A stretch of 45,688 nucleotides of DNA from Oculatellaceae cyanobacterium bins.114. GTDB taxonomy: Bacteria > Cyanobacteriota > Cyanobacteriia > Elainellales > Elainellaceae. Each line of letters starts with the position of its first letter. Position 1 is the stretch's first letter. Location of the stretch: assembly GCA_033764315.1 (NCBI GenBank), contig JANRJA010000120.1, forward strand, positions 1 to 45,688, in the 5' to 3' direction. A model generated the notes under the pieces. It saw nothing but the letters and a program-made list of their open reading frames with translations, was not told where the DNA came from and did not search any database. The translations under genes were made by a program, and so were the position numbers. Below, piece by piece: positions 1-12,173 of the stretch.

Positions 1-68
1 TCAGTAATTTTAATGGGAAAGCCTGATAAAACCTGTTGAGCATCAATGGATTGTCTTAACTCCATCAT

Positions 69-148
69 CTATAGCAATCCCAAATGGGTTGTGAGAGACG
101 CACCCCTCACAACCTACCCATCTCACAAATGATTTAGGACTACTATAG
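69..148. mobile_element. MITE-like short dispersed repeat with imperfect terminal inverted repeats
   Basis: Ends CTATAGCAATCCCAAAT...ATTTAGGACTACTATAG with internal hairpin GGTTGTGAG...CTCACAACC; its reverse complement matches the element at 45595-45688. Confidence 0.65.
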
Positions 149-238
149 CTGTTGGTCATTATTGAGCAATCAGTTGGGTCTCACTTGAGATGACGACATT
201 GCATTTCACCAACATTTTATGTATCAGCAGTTCTCAAT

Positions 239-2758
239 TTGGCAAAGAACGGAGCTATCTCTAGCACTATGACTTTAACTTCTTCAGCTTTTATCAAGCC
301 GTCCATGCCCGATAGTTCAACCTATCGTAGTGGGATCAGTAACTTGTTTGAGCAATCTCCCGTTCAATCGACTGCAACCTCATTGAGTTTACGGCTTAGC
401 TCCAGTTCTAATTCTGATCCTGCCAAAGCAGTTACTACCACTAGCAGTCGAGATGCGATCGCCCCTCGTGCTCGTCTCGCTGTAACGAATGTCGCAACTG
501 CAAGCACAACCTACTCGTTTAGAGTGACCTACAGCGATCGCGGCAAACTCAACAAACGCACCATCAATTCCAGAGATATTTTAGTCAGCGGAGTCAATGG
601 GTTTCGTCAACTGGCTCAGTTAGTCAGCACCCGACTCAATCGAGCAGGCACCACTGCCGTTGCCACCTATCGCATCAATGCCGCTGGAGGAACCTGGGAT
701 AGCACAGATAATGGTGCTTACACGGTGTCAATGCAACGGGCACAAGTGAGTGACCTGAGCCGAAATTTTGTGAGAGCAGGCAGACTGGGCGGATTTCAAG
801 TTAGCGTTCCAGGTACTCAAGACCCACCTCCTGTTGATCTGCCGCCAACTGCCAGTCTGACAGCATCCAACTTTACCCCTCAAGGAACAACCACCTACAG
901 CTTTAACGTTACCTATGCGGATGATAACGCCATCAGTGTCGCCAGTTTGGGTAATGGAGATGTTCAGGTAACAGGTCCCGGTGGTTTTAACCAATCTGCG
1001 GTCTTAACAGCCGTATCACCCTCTGGCGATGGCACACCTCGCACGGTCACCTATCGAATCAACGCCCCCGGAGGCAGTTGGGATACGGCTGATATAGGAA
1101 CTTATACGGTCTCCCTAGTCGCCAACCAGGTGAGTGATACCAGCAATAACTTTGCGGTGGCAGGGACGTTAGGCACCTTTACAGTGGTCACTGAGCTACA
1201 GGCCCCTACAGTCAGTGGTTTCTCGGCTCCAACGATCGCGGCAGACAGCGGAGATGCTCAATTTACAGTCACCTATGCTGACAACGATGCGATCGCCTTT
1301 GCCAGCTTAACCAACGGCGATGTGCAGGTAACAGGACCCAATGGCTTTAGCCAGTTAGCGACTTTGGTAAGTGTCAACACCACGGGCAATGGCACGCCGC
1401 GTACCGCCACCTATCGCATTGGTGCCCCCGGTGGAAGCTGGAGTGCCGTTGATAATGGTACTTACACCGTGTCTGTCCTGGTTGGGCAAGTGAGTGATGT
1501 GAATGGCAATGCGATCGCAGCTGCTAATGCAGGCACCTTTACAGTCACTCTGTCAGGCACCGATGACACTCTCAATGGCAGTGGCACCAACAACAACACC
1601 GTCACCGGGGGAACCGGAAATGACACCGTTAGCTATGCTGCACTCTCTCAAGGCATCAGTGCCAACCTGAGCACCAACACGGTTGTCAAGTCCTTGTATG
1701 GCAACACAATTTTGCCGTTGGGTGACTCGATCACCTCAGGACAGCACACCAACGCCGTGCCAGGGGCTTATCGCGTTGAACTCTACAACAACTACATCAG
1801 CGATGGATTTATCAATCTTGATCTGGTTGGAACGCAACAAAATGGTCCAAGCAGTAATTTCGATCAAGATCATGAAGGCTATCCGGGTCGAACCATTGAC
1901 CAATTGAGAACCATCGTTAGTGCTTCTGGATATTTTGATGCATTCCAACAGTCGAATGTTGTTTTGCTCATGATTGGCACCAATGACACCGGTGGTTCTT
2001 TTGTCTCCCAAACGGAGATGACCAATGACCTTACTGCGCTGTTGAATGAAATTACATTAGAGCTACCCAACACCCAGATTCTAGTCTCTACGATTCCACC
2101 GATTACCGATGACCCCACTCGCAACTCGCGTCGATCGACCTATAACAGCGACATCCAAACTGTTGTTAACAGTTTTGTGAGCCAAGGTAAAAAAGTTGCA
2201 CGGGTTAATGCTGGCGGTGGTTTAGCCAATGGAGATATTGGATCTGATGGCATTCACCCCACTTCTAGTGGCTACAACAAACTGGGTGATTTGTGGTACG
2301 ACTTCCTCACCGATCGCGACACATTAAGCAGCATCGAAAACGTGATTGGCACTAACTTTGTTGACACGATCGTAGGTGGCACTGGAGCTAACATCATCAC
2401 GGGCGGAGCAGGGGGCGATCGCATCACAGGTGGGGGTGGAGCCGACACCTTTGTCTACCGCAGCGCGGCTGAAGGAGGTGACACGATTACTGACTTCACC
2501 AGTTCTGACTTTATCCAAATCTCAGCCTCTGGGTTTGGCGGTGGATTAGCCGTTGGGAGCAGCTTAAGTGAAGGGATCGCCGCTGCAACTGGGGTGTTTG
2601 TCAACGGTGCAACCCCGGTCGGCACCAATGCAAACTTCCTCTTTAGTAGTGGCATCTTAAGCTTTGATGCCGATGGGGTTGGAGCGGGAGCCGCTGTGGC
2701 GATCGCCAACTTGGGCAATGTCACCCTGACCGCCAGTCAATTCAACATTGTCGCCTAA
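239..2758 (+). CDS. Secreted RTX-type protein: three Ig-like beta-sandwich repeats, SGNH/GDSL hydrolase domain, Ca-binding glycine-rich repeats (start may be ATG 269)
   Basis: Three ~115-aa repeats (VTYxD...ATYRIxAxGGxW...DxGxYTVS...QVSD); GDSIT, GTND and DGIHP SGNH motifs; GGxGxD repeats and a C-terminal FDADGxG tail typical of type I secretion substrates. Confidence 0.8.
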   Translation: MAKNGAISSTMTLTSSAFIKPSMPDSSTYRSGISNLFEQSPVQSTATSLSLRLSSSSNSDPAKAVTTTSSRDAIAPRARLAVTNVATASTTYSFRVTYSDRGKLNKRTINSRDILVSGVNGFRQLAQLVSTRLNRAGTTAVATYRINAAGGTWDSTDNGAYTVSMQRAQVSDLSRNFVRAGRLGGFQVSVPGTQDPPPVDLPPTASLTASNFTPQGTTTYSFNVTYADDNAISVASLGNGDVQVTGPGGFNQSAVLTAVSPSGDGTPRTVTYRINAPGGSWDTADIGTYTVSLVANQVSDTSNNFAVAGTLGTFTVVTELQAPTVSGFSAPTIAADSGDAQFTVTYADNDAIAFASLTNGDVQVTGPNGFSQLATLVSVNTTGNGTPRTATYRIGAPGGSWSAVDNGTYTVSVLVGQVSDVNGNAIAAANAGTFTVTLSGTDDTLNGSGTNNNTVTGGTGNDTVSYAALSQGISANLSTNTVVKSLYGNTILPLGDSITSGQHTNAVPGAYRVELYNNYISDGFINLDLVGTQQNGPSSNFDQDHEGYPGRTIDQLRTIVSASGYFDAFQQSNVVLLMIGTNDTGGSFVSQTEMTNDLTALLNEITLELPNTQILVSTIPPITDDPTRNSRRSTYNSDIQTVVNSFVSQGKKVARVNAGGGLANGDIGSDGIHPTSSGYNKLGDLWYDFLTDRDTLSSIENVIGTNFVDTIVGGTGANIITGGAGGDRITGGGGADTFVYRSAAEGGDTITDFTSSDFIQISASGFGGGLAVGSSLSEGIAAATGVFVNGATPVGTNANFLFSSGILSFDADGVGAGAAVAIANLGNVTLTASQFNIVA

Positions 2759-3081
2759 GGGTTGGGACGCGATTCATCGCACCTGTACCGCAAAATCAGG
2801 GCTGAGAAGCTTTCAAGTTGTCTCGTTTGTCTAAGTGGTGTGTCAGGATAAGGAGTTTCGGCTGCTTATCCTGACCTTTTCTAAAACGCCATCTCACCTT
2901 GAAGATTTAGTAAAACACTGTGTTTTCTCGGATCTCACTCAGAAAACGCGGTTTATAGTTGCAGAGAATTCGGTCGCTTTCAGGAGTAACCCTACCCATT
3001 CCTGGAGTGAAGGTCTTTGAAATTTAGAGACAATCCCGATTTTTTTCGGCAGACTAAAGTAGTTGATACGGTGTCAAGTCT

Positions 3082-4767
3082 ATGTTTATCGACGCTCGCA
3101 CCCTTCTCGCCAACGATGTGATTGAAACCGATGTTTGTATTGTTGGGGCTGGTCCCGCAGGCATCACACTGGCACGAGAGTTTGCAGGTCAAGAGTTTCA
3201 AGTTTGTTTGCTCGAAAGCGGAGGACTAGAACCCACTCCAGAAGCGCGATCGCTGCTAGACGGGTCGATTGATCCCAAACATCGTTATCCTTCAGACGAG
3301 TTAATAGCAGGACGCGATCGCCAATTTGGTGGTTCTGCAAACCTCTGGTGCATTCAAGTTGACCCCACTGAAACTCAGGCCAATGTGCGCCATGTCATTC
3401 CCGATGACATCGATTTTGAGGCACGCGAGGGCATTCCCTATAGCGGTTGGGCAATTCGTAAAGCCGACCTAAAACCCTATTACGAGCGGGCACACCAAAT
3501 CTGTCAGATTGGTCCCTGCACCTATACCGCTGAAGCGTGGCAAACCGATGGCAAAAAACCCCTACCGTTAAAGGGCGATCGCCTCCAGTCGAGTGTGTTT
3601 CAGTTTGGCCCACAGGCCGTCTTCCCGCGTGATTATCAAGCAGAGTTAAGTCAAGCAGGAAACGTCACAACCTATTACAACGCCAACGTGTTGGAAATCG
3701 AAACCAATGACACGGCCAGCACAGTCACCCAGGTGCGAGTCGGGGCGATCCCTGGACATGAGTTTAAAGTCAAAGCACGGATCTTCATTCTGGCAACAGG
3801 CGGGTTTGAAAACGCCCGCTTATTGCTGCTCTCTAATGCAGTTCAACCCGCAGGGTTGGGCAATCAACACGACTTGGTAGGCAGATTTTTTATGGATCAC
3901 CCCGGTTTTCGGATTGGGGTCTTTGTGCCGAAACAACATCAGTTGTTTGATACAACAGAATTCTATGATTTGCACCGAGTCAATGGAGTGCCCGTGATGG
4001 GTAAATTAACGCTCAACCCAGATCTGGTCAAACAAGAACAACTGTTAAACATTTGCGTCATGCTCGTGCCACGTCCGTTGGGATATGAGTCGCGAGCGGT
4101 CAACTCTTTCCGACAATTGACCACTGCCCTCAAACGGCTGCAATTTCCTAAAGATGGACTCCAGCATCTAAAGCACGTCTTAACCCATCTCGATGAAGTT
4201 GTCACCTATGCCACTCGACGTGCCCAAAAGCAGGAGTTTGTCTACAGCCCTCGCTATGGGGGATGGTCGCGACGACCTGATGTGCGGCGATCGCTCAGAG
4301 CCTTTGAGGTAATTGCCCAAGCCGAACAAGCTCCTAACCCTGACAATCGGGTCACACTCAGCCAAGCGTGCGATCGCTTTGGTCGTCCCCTGGTTCACCT
4401 GCACTGGCGTTGGAGTGAGGTAGACCTCCGCAGCATCAGCCGATTTCAACAACTTTTTGGAGAGGCGATCAACGCAGAGGGGTTAGGAGAGTTTCATTCT
4501 CGCGATGAGATTGAAGGGGGTTTCCCTCGCTTTGGCAGCACTCACCACCACATTGGCACCACTCGCATGCACCCCGATCCAAAACAGGGGGTCGTTGATC
4601 AAAACTGCCAGGTGCATGGCCTCGCCAATCTCTTTATCGCTGGAAGTTCTGTTTTTCCAACCGGGGCTGGATATGCCAACCCCACACTGACCATCGTTGC
4701 TTTAGCGGCTCGCTTAGCCGACCACGTTAAACAAACCATGACAGCCAACCTGGCAACGCTTCCTTAA
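3082..4767 (+). CDS. GMC family FAD oxidoreductase
   Basis: DVCIVGAGPAG FAD-binding motif, GRFFMDHP, HHIGTTRM, ANPTLTIVALA. Confidence 0.9.
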   Translation: MFIDARTLLANDVIETDVCIVGAGPAGITLAREFAGQEFQVCLLESGGLEPTPEARSLLDGSIDPKHRYPSDELIAGRDRQFGGSANLWCIQVDPTETQANVRHVIPDDIDFEAREGIPYSGWAIRKADLKPYYERAHQICQIGPCTYTAEAWQTDGKKPLPLKGDRLQSSVFQFGPQAVFPRDYQAELSQAGNVTTYYNANVLEIETNDTASTVTQVRVGAIPGHEFKVKARIFILATGGFENARLLLLSNAVQPAGLGNQHDLVGRFFMDHPGFRIGVFVPKQHQLFDTTEFYDLHRVNGVPVMGKLTLNPDLVKQEQLLNICVMLVPRPLGYESRAVNSFRQLTTALKRLQFPKDGLQHLKHVLTHLDEVVTYATRRAQKQEFVYSPRYGGWSRRPDVRRSLRAFEVIAQAEQAPNPDNRVTLSQACDRFGRPLVHLHWRWSEVDLRSISRFQQLFGEAINAEGLGEFHSRDEIEGGFPRFGSTHHHIGTTRMHPDPKQGVVDQNCQVHGLANLFIAGSSVFPTGAGYANPTLTIVALAARLADHVKQTMTANLATLP

Positions 4768-4796
4768 TATCTAACTGACCCACTGAAATAACCGTT

Positions 4797-6473
4797 ATGC
4801 TAATTGACGCTCGTACGCTTGCCCCCAACGAAACCGTTGAAACGGATGTGTGTATTATTGGTTCTGGCCCTGCTGGCTTAGCTCTAGCATTAGAGTTTGC
4901 TGAGCAAAATTTTCGAGTATGCCTGCTCGAAAGCGGTGGGTTAGAACGGAATGAAGAAGTACAATCCCTCAGTGTTGGTAAAACCTCTAAACCCTATCCA
5001 GAGATTGCTGTGACGTACAATCGTCAATTTGGTGGCACAGCTAATATCTGGCATATCCAAATCGGCAACCAGGAAACGGGCGCTCGGTTTGTCCCGTTTA
5101 ACGAGACAGACTTTGAAGCACGACCTGAAATTCCCTATAGTGGCTGGCCCATCACCCGCGCCGACATGGACCCTTACTATGAACGAGCACAGGCTTTTTG
5201 TAAGTTAGGCCCTTATAACTACACCCCCGACTTTTGGGCAGATGAGGAAGCCCCTCAGATGAAATTTGCCAGCGATCGCGTCAAAACGATCATGTGCCAA
5301 TTTATCCGCTTGACCACCTTTACTCAAGATCACAAACAGTCGGTTCAGAAAGCAAGCAACATCACCACGTATTACTACGCTCATGTCATGGAGCTTGAGA
5401 CGAATGACACTGCCAGCACAGTTAGTCGGGTGCGAGTCGCAACGGCTCCAGGACGAGAATTTGGTGTTGTGGCAAAGATTGTAATTTTGGCTGCTGGTGG
5501 GTTTGAAACTCCACGCCTGCTGCTGTTGTCTAACAAAGTGCAAAAAAATGGCTTGGGTAATGAGCACGACTTGGTTGGGCGATTTTTTATGGATCACCCC
5601 TGCTATTTTGGTGGGCTGCTGTTCCCCAACGACAAATCAACCTTTAATACCTCTAATTTGTATGATATTCGTCGAGTCAGAGGCACTCCAGTCATGGGGC
5701 GGTTAGCCTTGATCGAAGAGGTGGTGCGTCGTGAAGGCATCATGAATGTGTTTGGGTTCTTCCATCCACGCGTGGCAGGCTATCGTTCCAAGTCATTGCA
5801 GTCTTTTCGGACTCTGACCCAATCTCTCAAACAGGGTAAGTTGCCTAAAAATGCAGGTCAACACCTGGGTACGGCGATCGCGGGTATTGGTGAATTAGCC
5901 CATGCCGCCTGGAGCAAGCTGACCCGCCCTAAAATTGACCTGACCATCGCCGATAAGGGCGGTTGGTCTTATCTGTCAAACAAGGAGAAGATCTTTAACT
6001 CCTTTGAATTTTTCCTGTCGGCTGAGCAAGTGCCTGATCCTAACAATCGCGTCACGTTGATGGATGAGTGCGATTTCCTCGGTCGTCCCCGAATTCACCT
6101 GCAATGGGATTGGAAACACCCAATCGACCTGCACACTATCAAACGAGCACAGGAAATCTTTAAAGAAGAGTTTGAAAAAGCTGGCATTGGGCGACTCGAA
6201 GTTGAGCGAGATCAAAATGACATGCCTTACATGACAGCGGCTAGCGGTCATCACCTGATGGGCACCACCCGCATGCATGTAGACCCCAAACAGGGAGTCG
6301 TCGATGAAAACTGTCGAGTGCACGGCGTCTCTAACCTGTTTATTGCCAGCAGTGCTGTCTTTCCAACGGGGGGGCAAGTTAACCCCACTCTCACGATCGC
6401 AGCGATGGCAATTCGATTAGCAGACCACATCAAACAAGTGATGGCAACTCAAGTCGTCACCGCAGAACGCTAA
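4797..6473 (+). CDS. GMC family FAD oxidoreductase (tandem paralog)
   Basis: DVCIIGSGPAG, GRFFMDHP, HLMGTTRM, VNPTLTIAA; collinear with the upstream ORF. Confidence 0.9.
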   Translation: MLIDARTLAPNETVETDVCIIGSGPAGLALALEFAEQNFRVCLLESGGLERNEEVQSLSVGKTSKPYPEIAVTYNRQFGGTANIWHIQIGNQETGARFVPFNETDFEARPEIPYSGWPITRADMDPYYERAQAFCKLGPYNYTPDFWADEEAPQMKFASDRVKTIMCQFIRLTTFTQDHKQSVQKASNITTYYYAHVMELETNDTASTVSRVRVATAPGREFGVVAKIVILAAGGFETPRLLLLSNKVQKNGLGNEHDLVGRFFMDHPCYFGGLLFPNDKSTFNTSNLYDIRRVRGTPVMGRLALIEEVVRREGIMNVFGFFHPRVAGYRSKSLQSFRTLTQSLKQGKLPKNAGQHLGTAIAGIGELAHAAWSKLTRPKIDLTIADKGGWSYLSNKEKIFNSFEFFLSAEQVPDPNNRVTLMDECDFLGRPRIHLQWDWKHPIDLHTIKRAQEIFKEEFEKAGIGRLEVERDQNDMPYMTAASGHHLMGTTRMHVDPKQGVVDENCRVHGVSNLFIASSAVFPTGGQVNPTLTIAAMAIRLADHIKQVMATQVVTAER

Positions 6474-6616
6474 GAAGATATCTGAGCAGTTTTTGGCGGT
6501 TAAAACCGCGACTACAAAACCAAGTCCGCTGTTATAAACTCAAGCCAATCCAGGCTTTCTGTAACGCGGAGACAGGTTTTGCCCTTGTAGCGTTTGGCTG
6601 AGAGAGAAAAATACAA

Positions 6617-6649
6617 AGAGGTCGGAGTTCTTAAAGAACTCCGACCTCT
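6617..6649. terminator. Palindromic REP-like hairpin, probable terminator of ftsH and GMC transcripts
   Basis: AGAGGTCGGAGTTCTT-A-AAGAACTCCGACCTCT perfect 16-bp inverted repeat between convergent genes. Confidence 0.65.
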
Positions 6650-6669
6650 AAGCAGTATCAATCAATCCC

Positions 6670-8547
6670 TTAAACTTCAACCATCGTGTTTTGGGGGACA
6701 GGTTTGACTTGATCAAGCAAGCTGTGCAACTCCGGTCCTTCAATGACTTCGGTTTCCAACAGTTTGATCGAGATTGCCTCCAGCAAATCGCGGTTGTGGT
6801 TGAGAATATCCAACGCGTGCTGATGAGCTTCTTCTACGATCGCTTTGACTTCTTGATCGATCGCCTCAGCGGTTTGAGCACTCACCATACGCCGAGGATT
6901 CGGGGCTTCACCCCCCAAGAACATATTTTGCTGTCCTTGTTGATAGGCTAGTGGTCCTAGCACTTTGCTCATGCCATAGGTGGTGACCATGCGCTCTGCC
7001 AGGTCAGTTGCCCGTTGCAAGTCATTAGAGGCACCTGTGGTGATGCTGCCAAAAACCACTTCCTCTGCCGATCGCCCCCCTAACATGGTGGCAATTTGCC
7101 CGCGCAGTTCGGTTTCACTTAACAAAAACCGATCTTCTGTTGGCAGTTGCAGAGTGTAGCCCAACGCCGCCATACCACGGGGCACAATAGAGATTTTCTC
7201 TACCTTGTTGCTACCGGGCATAATTGAACCAACCAGAGCATGTCCGACTTCGTGATAAGCAACAATCTTTTTCTCTTTCTCATTGAGAACACGGCTCTTT
7301 TTCTCTAGACCTGCCACAACCCGTTCGATCGCCTCTGCAAAGTCTGCCTGAGCCACATCTTGTCGTTTATTACGAGCTGCCAACAGGGCCGCTTCATTCA
7401 CCAGGTTCGCCAAATCCGCTCCTGCAAACCCTGGAGTCCGAGTGGCGATCGCCTTTAAGTCAATATCTTTGCCCAATCTGACCTCTTTGGCATGGATCTC
7501 CAAAATAGCCAGTCTTCCAGAGAGATCGGGGCGATCGACCAACACTTGACGATCAAATCGACCCGGACGCAACAAAGCAGGATCAAGGGTTTCAGGGCGG
7601 TTTGTTGCAGCCAGCACAATCACCGTCTTATCCCCAGCAGCAAAGCCATCCATCTCAGTGAGCAACTGGTTCAACGTTTGTTCACGCTCATCGTTGCCAC
7701 CATAAAACCCATTCGATGCGCGTGATTTACCAATCGCATCTAACTCGTCAATAAAGATGATGCAAGGGGCTTGCTTTTTCGCTTGCTCAAACAAATCACG
7801 CACTCGTGAAGAGCCAACGCCAACAAACAGTTCTACAAATTCAGACCCAGAGATACTAAAAAAGGGAACTCCCGCTTCTCCAGCCACAGCCTTGGCTAGC
7901 AAGGTTTTTCCGGTTCCTGGAGGGCCAACCAGCAACACCCCTTTAGGAATACGAGCACCAATTTGGGTAAATCGCTTGGGTTCTTTAAGAAAATCTACGA
8001 TCTCAACCAGTTCTAGTTTGGCTTCTTCAACCCCAGCCACATCAGCAAAAGTGATTTTGTTAGCATCACCCTCGACATAGACCTTGGCACGACTCTTGCC
8101 AATCGACAGAACGCCTTGCTGTCCACCTGAACCGCGATTAATAAAAAACTGCCAGATTGCCACAAAAATAAGCGGTGGAATCACCCAACCTAGTAAGCTT
8201 GTAAACCAACCATTTTTTGCAGGTGGAGCGGCTGCAAACTCAACGCCTTTTGCCTCTAACAGTTTCGGCAATTCGAGATCAAAAATTGGCGTTGTGGCTA
8301 AAACCTGATCGGGCTGTTCTGCATCTGGCTTGAGTTGATAGCGAATTTGTTCTTGACCCACTGACACCCGTGAAACCTCACCTTCCTGAACTTGATGGAT
8401 AAACAAGCTGTAAGGAACTTGAGGAATCTGAGGCCCCAAAAATAGGGGTAAGACAATATTCGCCAACAAAAATAAGCCAGACACCAGCAACAGGATGTTG
8501 CCAATGACGCGAGAGCGAGGGGGCTTGGGCTGTTCTTTAATCGGCAT
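6670..8547 (-). CDS. ftsH: ATP-dependent zinc metalloprotease FtsH (FtsH4-like)
   Basis: Two N-terminal TM helices, Walker [19 protein letters not shown] motif [15 protein letters not shown] zinc motif. Confidence 0.97.
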   Translation of the reverse strand: MPIKEQPKPPRSRVIGNILLLVSGLFLLANIVLPLFLGPQIPQVPYSLFIHQVQEGEVSRVSVGQEQIRYQLKPDAEQPDQVLATTPIFDLELPKLLEAKGVEFAAAPPAKNGWFTSLLGWVIPPLIFVAIWQFFINRGSGGQQGVLSIGKSRAKVYVEGDANKITFADVAGVEEAKLELVEIVDFLKEPKRFTQIGARIPKGVLLVGPPGTGKTLLAKAVAGEAGVPFFSISGSEFVELFVGVGSSRVRDLFEQAKKQAPCIIFIDELDAIGKSRASNGFYGGNDEREQTLNQLLTEMDGFAAGDKTVIVLAATNRPETLDPALLRPGRFDRQVLVDRPDLSGRLAILEIHAKEVRLGKDIDLKAIATRTPGFAGADLANLVNEAALLAARNKRQDVAQADFAEAIERVVAGLEKKSRVLNEKEKKIVAYHEVGHALVGSIMPGSNKVEKISIVPRGMAALGYTLQLPTEDRFLLSETELRGQIATMLGGRSAEEVVFGSITTGASNDLQRATDLAERMVTTYGMSKVLGPLAYQQGQQNMFLGGEAPNPRRMVSAQTAEAIDQEVKAIVEEAHQHALDILNHNRDLLEAISIKLLETEVIEGPELHSLLDQVKPVPQNTMVEV

Positions 8548-8760
8548 TTTTATTTAATGCTCCCTTTTATGAGACGCTTCACAAATTTAAGTTAACAGTC
8601 GCATCTAGGAGTCTCGCTAAGACCAGAGAATCACTAAATACTGAGAAGAGCTACGGTTTGTAAATTCCTCTCATCAACCATTTTAGAATGCTCACCCTGA
8701 TTGGGTTGGACATTTTAGGCGATCGCTGGGTGTTGATAACCGGACAAGGGAGAGGAAGGG

Positions 8761-8887
8761 AAAGGCTAAAGGCTAAAGGCTGAAAAGATAACAAGATGAC
8801 GGAATAAACGCCCTCTCGCAGGTATCCCGCAGAGATCGCTTACCGCTTTTTTATCCTTGATTTTTTATCCTTCATCCTTTCAGACTT
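8761..8887. repeat. Short tandem heptamer (STRR-like) repeats in opposite orientations
   Basis: AAAGGCT x3 at 8761-8781 and TTTATCC/TTCATCC units at about 8850-8880. Confidence 0.5.
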
Positions 8888-9085
8888 CTAGACCGTCTCC
8901 ATCCAATCAAACACTTGATTCAATTGCTCTAAGGTAATCAGTCCATATTGCCAAAGCACCATCGGCAAAAGATTTGACTCGGCATCTTGGTGTCGTAGCC
9001 CCATAGCGATCGCCGCAGCGGGGACAGCTAATTCATTCTTTAAAAAATTAATCAGTAAGGCTTGTTTTGTAGATTCGAGTGCCAT
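8888..9085 (-). CDS. DUF2949 family small protein
   Basis: FLxxELAV...LPMVLWQYGLITLEQLxQVFDW pattern. Confidence 0.85.
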   Translation of the reverse strand: MALESTKQALLINFLKNELAVPAAAIAMGLRHQDAESNLLPMVLWQYGLITLEQLNQVFDWMETV

Positions 9086-9228
9086 AGTTTCTATCCCTGA
9101 AACAGGTAGCTAGATTTGTAAAGTTTTATATTAATTTCTCAGTTTACATTACGGCGATTATAACGAGAAGATGGAACCTTAGGAAATTAAGTAGGAAACG
9201 AAGGTTGAATGATGCCTCTCCTTAACAA

Positions 9229-9261
9229 AGCTCCCCAACTTCTTGAAGAAGTCGGGGAGCT
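9229..9261. terminator. REP-like hairpin downstream of petH
   Basis: AGCTCCCCAACTTCTT-G-AAGAAGTCGGGGAGCT, same family as 6617 and 12123. Confidence 0.65.
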
Positions 9262-9290
9262 ACTAACATTCACAGATAGGGTAGTGAAAT

Positions 9291-10508
<1,218 letters not shown>

Positions 10509-11095
10509 CTAAATCAGTAACTCCCTTGACCCAAAATAAGCACAGGTATGATTTTGTGCTTTTTCACCGCATGTCAGTCCCATTGACGGAGCTTATCCGC
10601 AGATATATAGTCCTGACCTGTAATAGCGTAGCATTAGCGACGTCTGCGACTAAAGATAGCAATCGTAGAGAAATCTAACGGTTACTCCCGCTTTAGGATA
10701 GCCAGCCATTTAACAAAAGAATGTCAATCTCGGATCAATTTCATCTTTTTTAAATGCCCCATTGCCTTTAGCATAGTTATTAGGCAATATTGATTTTCCG
10801 GTTCAGGTTTTAACCTTGTTGCGGGGGATCGCATTCTGGTAAGATTTACGATATTGGTTAGTAGTAAATACCTACCAATAAAGTTTTAAACCCTCGTGAT
10901 CGCAACGGTGATTGAGGGTTTTGTTACTGGCTTGCCGATGCTGGGTTCAGCGAGTCAAGTCTTAAGATTTAAAGAAGGGTGTACAAGGTTCTCTAACCGT
11001 ACTTGTGCACGTTACTTCTTATGACCTCAAGGTCTGAGGTCGATTTAATCAGGAGTTGGTTCAGCAAGTTGTTTTATTTGTTTTAGAGGGAAGCT

Positions 11096-12103
11096 ATGAC
11101 CAGTCAGCCAGATCGTGTGGTTCTAATTGGTGTTGCCGGAGATTCCGGATGCGGTAAATCAACATTCTTACGTCGTTTGGCAGATTTGTTTGGGGAAGAG
11201 TTGATGACGGTGATTTGCCTAGACGATTACCACAGTCTGGATCGCAAAGGACGTAAGTTAGCGGGTGTAACAGCCCTAAACCCTCAAGCAAATAACTTTG
11301 ATTTGATGTATGAGCAGATCAAAGCACTTAAAGAAGGAAATGTGATCGATAAGCCGATCTACAACCACGAAACCGGAATGATTGACCCCCCTGAAAAGGT
11401 CTATCCTAACCGGATTGTCGTGATTGAAGGCTTGCATCCCATGTTTGATGAGCGGGTGCGATCGCTCCTTGACTTTAGCGTTTACCTCGACATTGATGAT
11501 GAGGTCAAAATTGCCTGGAAGATTCAGCGTGATATGGCAGAACGGGGTCACACCTATGAAGACGTGCTTGCCTCTATCAATGCGCGTCGTCCTGACTTCA
11601 TGGCATACATCGACCCACAAAAGCAACACGCTGATGTGGTGATTCAAATTTTGCCGACTAAGCTGATCAAAGACGACAAAGAGCGCAAGGTGCTGCGGGT
11701 TCGTTTGATCCAAAAAGATGGGATCGAAGGGTTTGAGCCTGTTTACCTGTTTGACGAAGGCTCCACGATTGACTGGATTCCTTGCGGTCGCAAGTTGACC
11801 TGCTCGTGGCCTGGTATCCGCATGTTCTATGGCCCTGATGCCTACATGGGCAATAGCGTGTCAATGCTAGAAGTAGATGGTCAGTTCGATAAGCTTGAAG
11901 AATTGATCTACATCGAGAGCCACTTGAGCAACACGTCCACCAAATACTATGGTGAGATGACTGAATTGCTGTTAAAGCACCGTGAATATCCCGGTTCTAA
12001 CAACGGCAGTGGTTTGTTCCAGGTGTTAGTGGGGTTAAAGATGCGGGATGCTTATGAGCGGTTGGTGGGTGCTGTACCTGCTGCTGCGGCTGCTTCCAAC
12101 TAG
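11096..12103 (+). CDS. prk: Phosphoribulokinase
   Basis: GVAGDSGCGKST, ICLDDYHSLDR, KIQRDMAERGH; divergent from petH as is common in cyanobacteria. Confidence 0.98.
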   Translation: MTSQPDRVVLIGVAGDSGCGKSTFLRRLADLFGEELMTVICLDDYHSLDRKGRKLAGVTALNPQANNFDLMYEQIKALKEGNVIDKPIYNHETGMIDPPEKVYPNRIVVIEGLHPMFDERVRSLLDFSVYLDIDDEVKIAWKIQRDMAERGHTYEDVLASINARRPDFMAYIDPQKQHADVVIQILPTKLIKDDKERKVLRVRLIQKDGIEGFEPVYLFDEGSTIDWIPCGRKLTCSWPGIRMFYGPDAYMGNSVSMLEVDGQFDKLEELIYIESHLSNTSTKYYGEMTELLLKHREYPGSNNGSGLFQVLVGLKMRDAYERLVGAVPAAAAASN

Positions 12104-12122
12104 TCTTAGTTTCCACAATCTT

Positions 12123-12156
12123 TAGATCCCCGGAATCTTAAGATTCCGGGGATCTA
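12123..12156. terminator. Perfect 34-bp palindrome (REP-like), probable prk terminator
   Basis: TAGATCCCCGGAATCTT|AAGATTCCGGGGATCTA. Confidence 0.7.
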
Positions 12157-12173
12157 GTGCTTTATAGGATCTC

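Noticed and set aside
6495-6592. GCGGTTAAAACCGC palindrome and flanking CTACAA...TTGTAG arms as an ncRNA
   Set aside because: Looks like a decayed dispersed repeat between convergent genes; single copy here and no promoter evident
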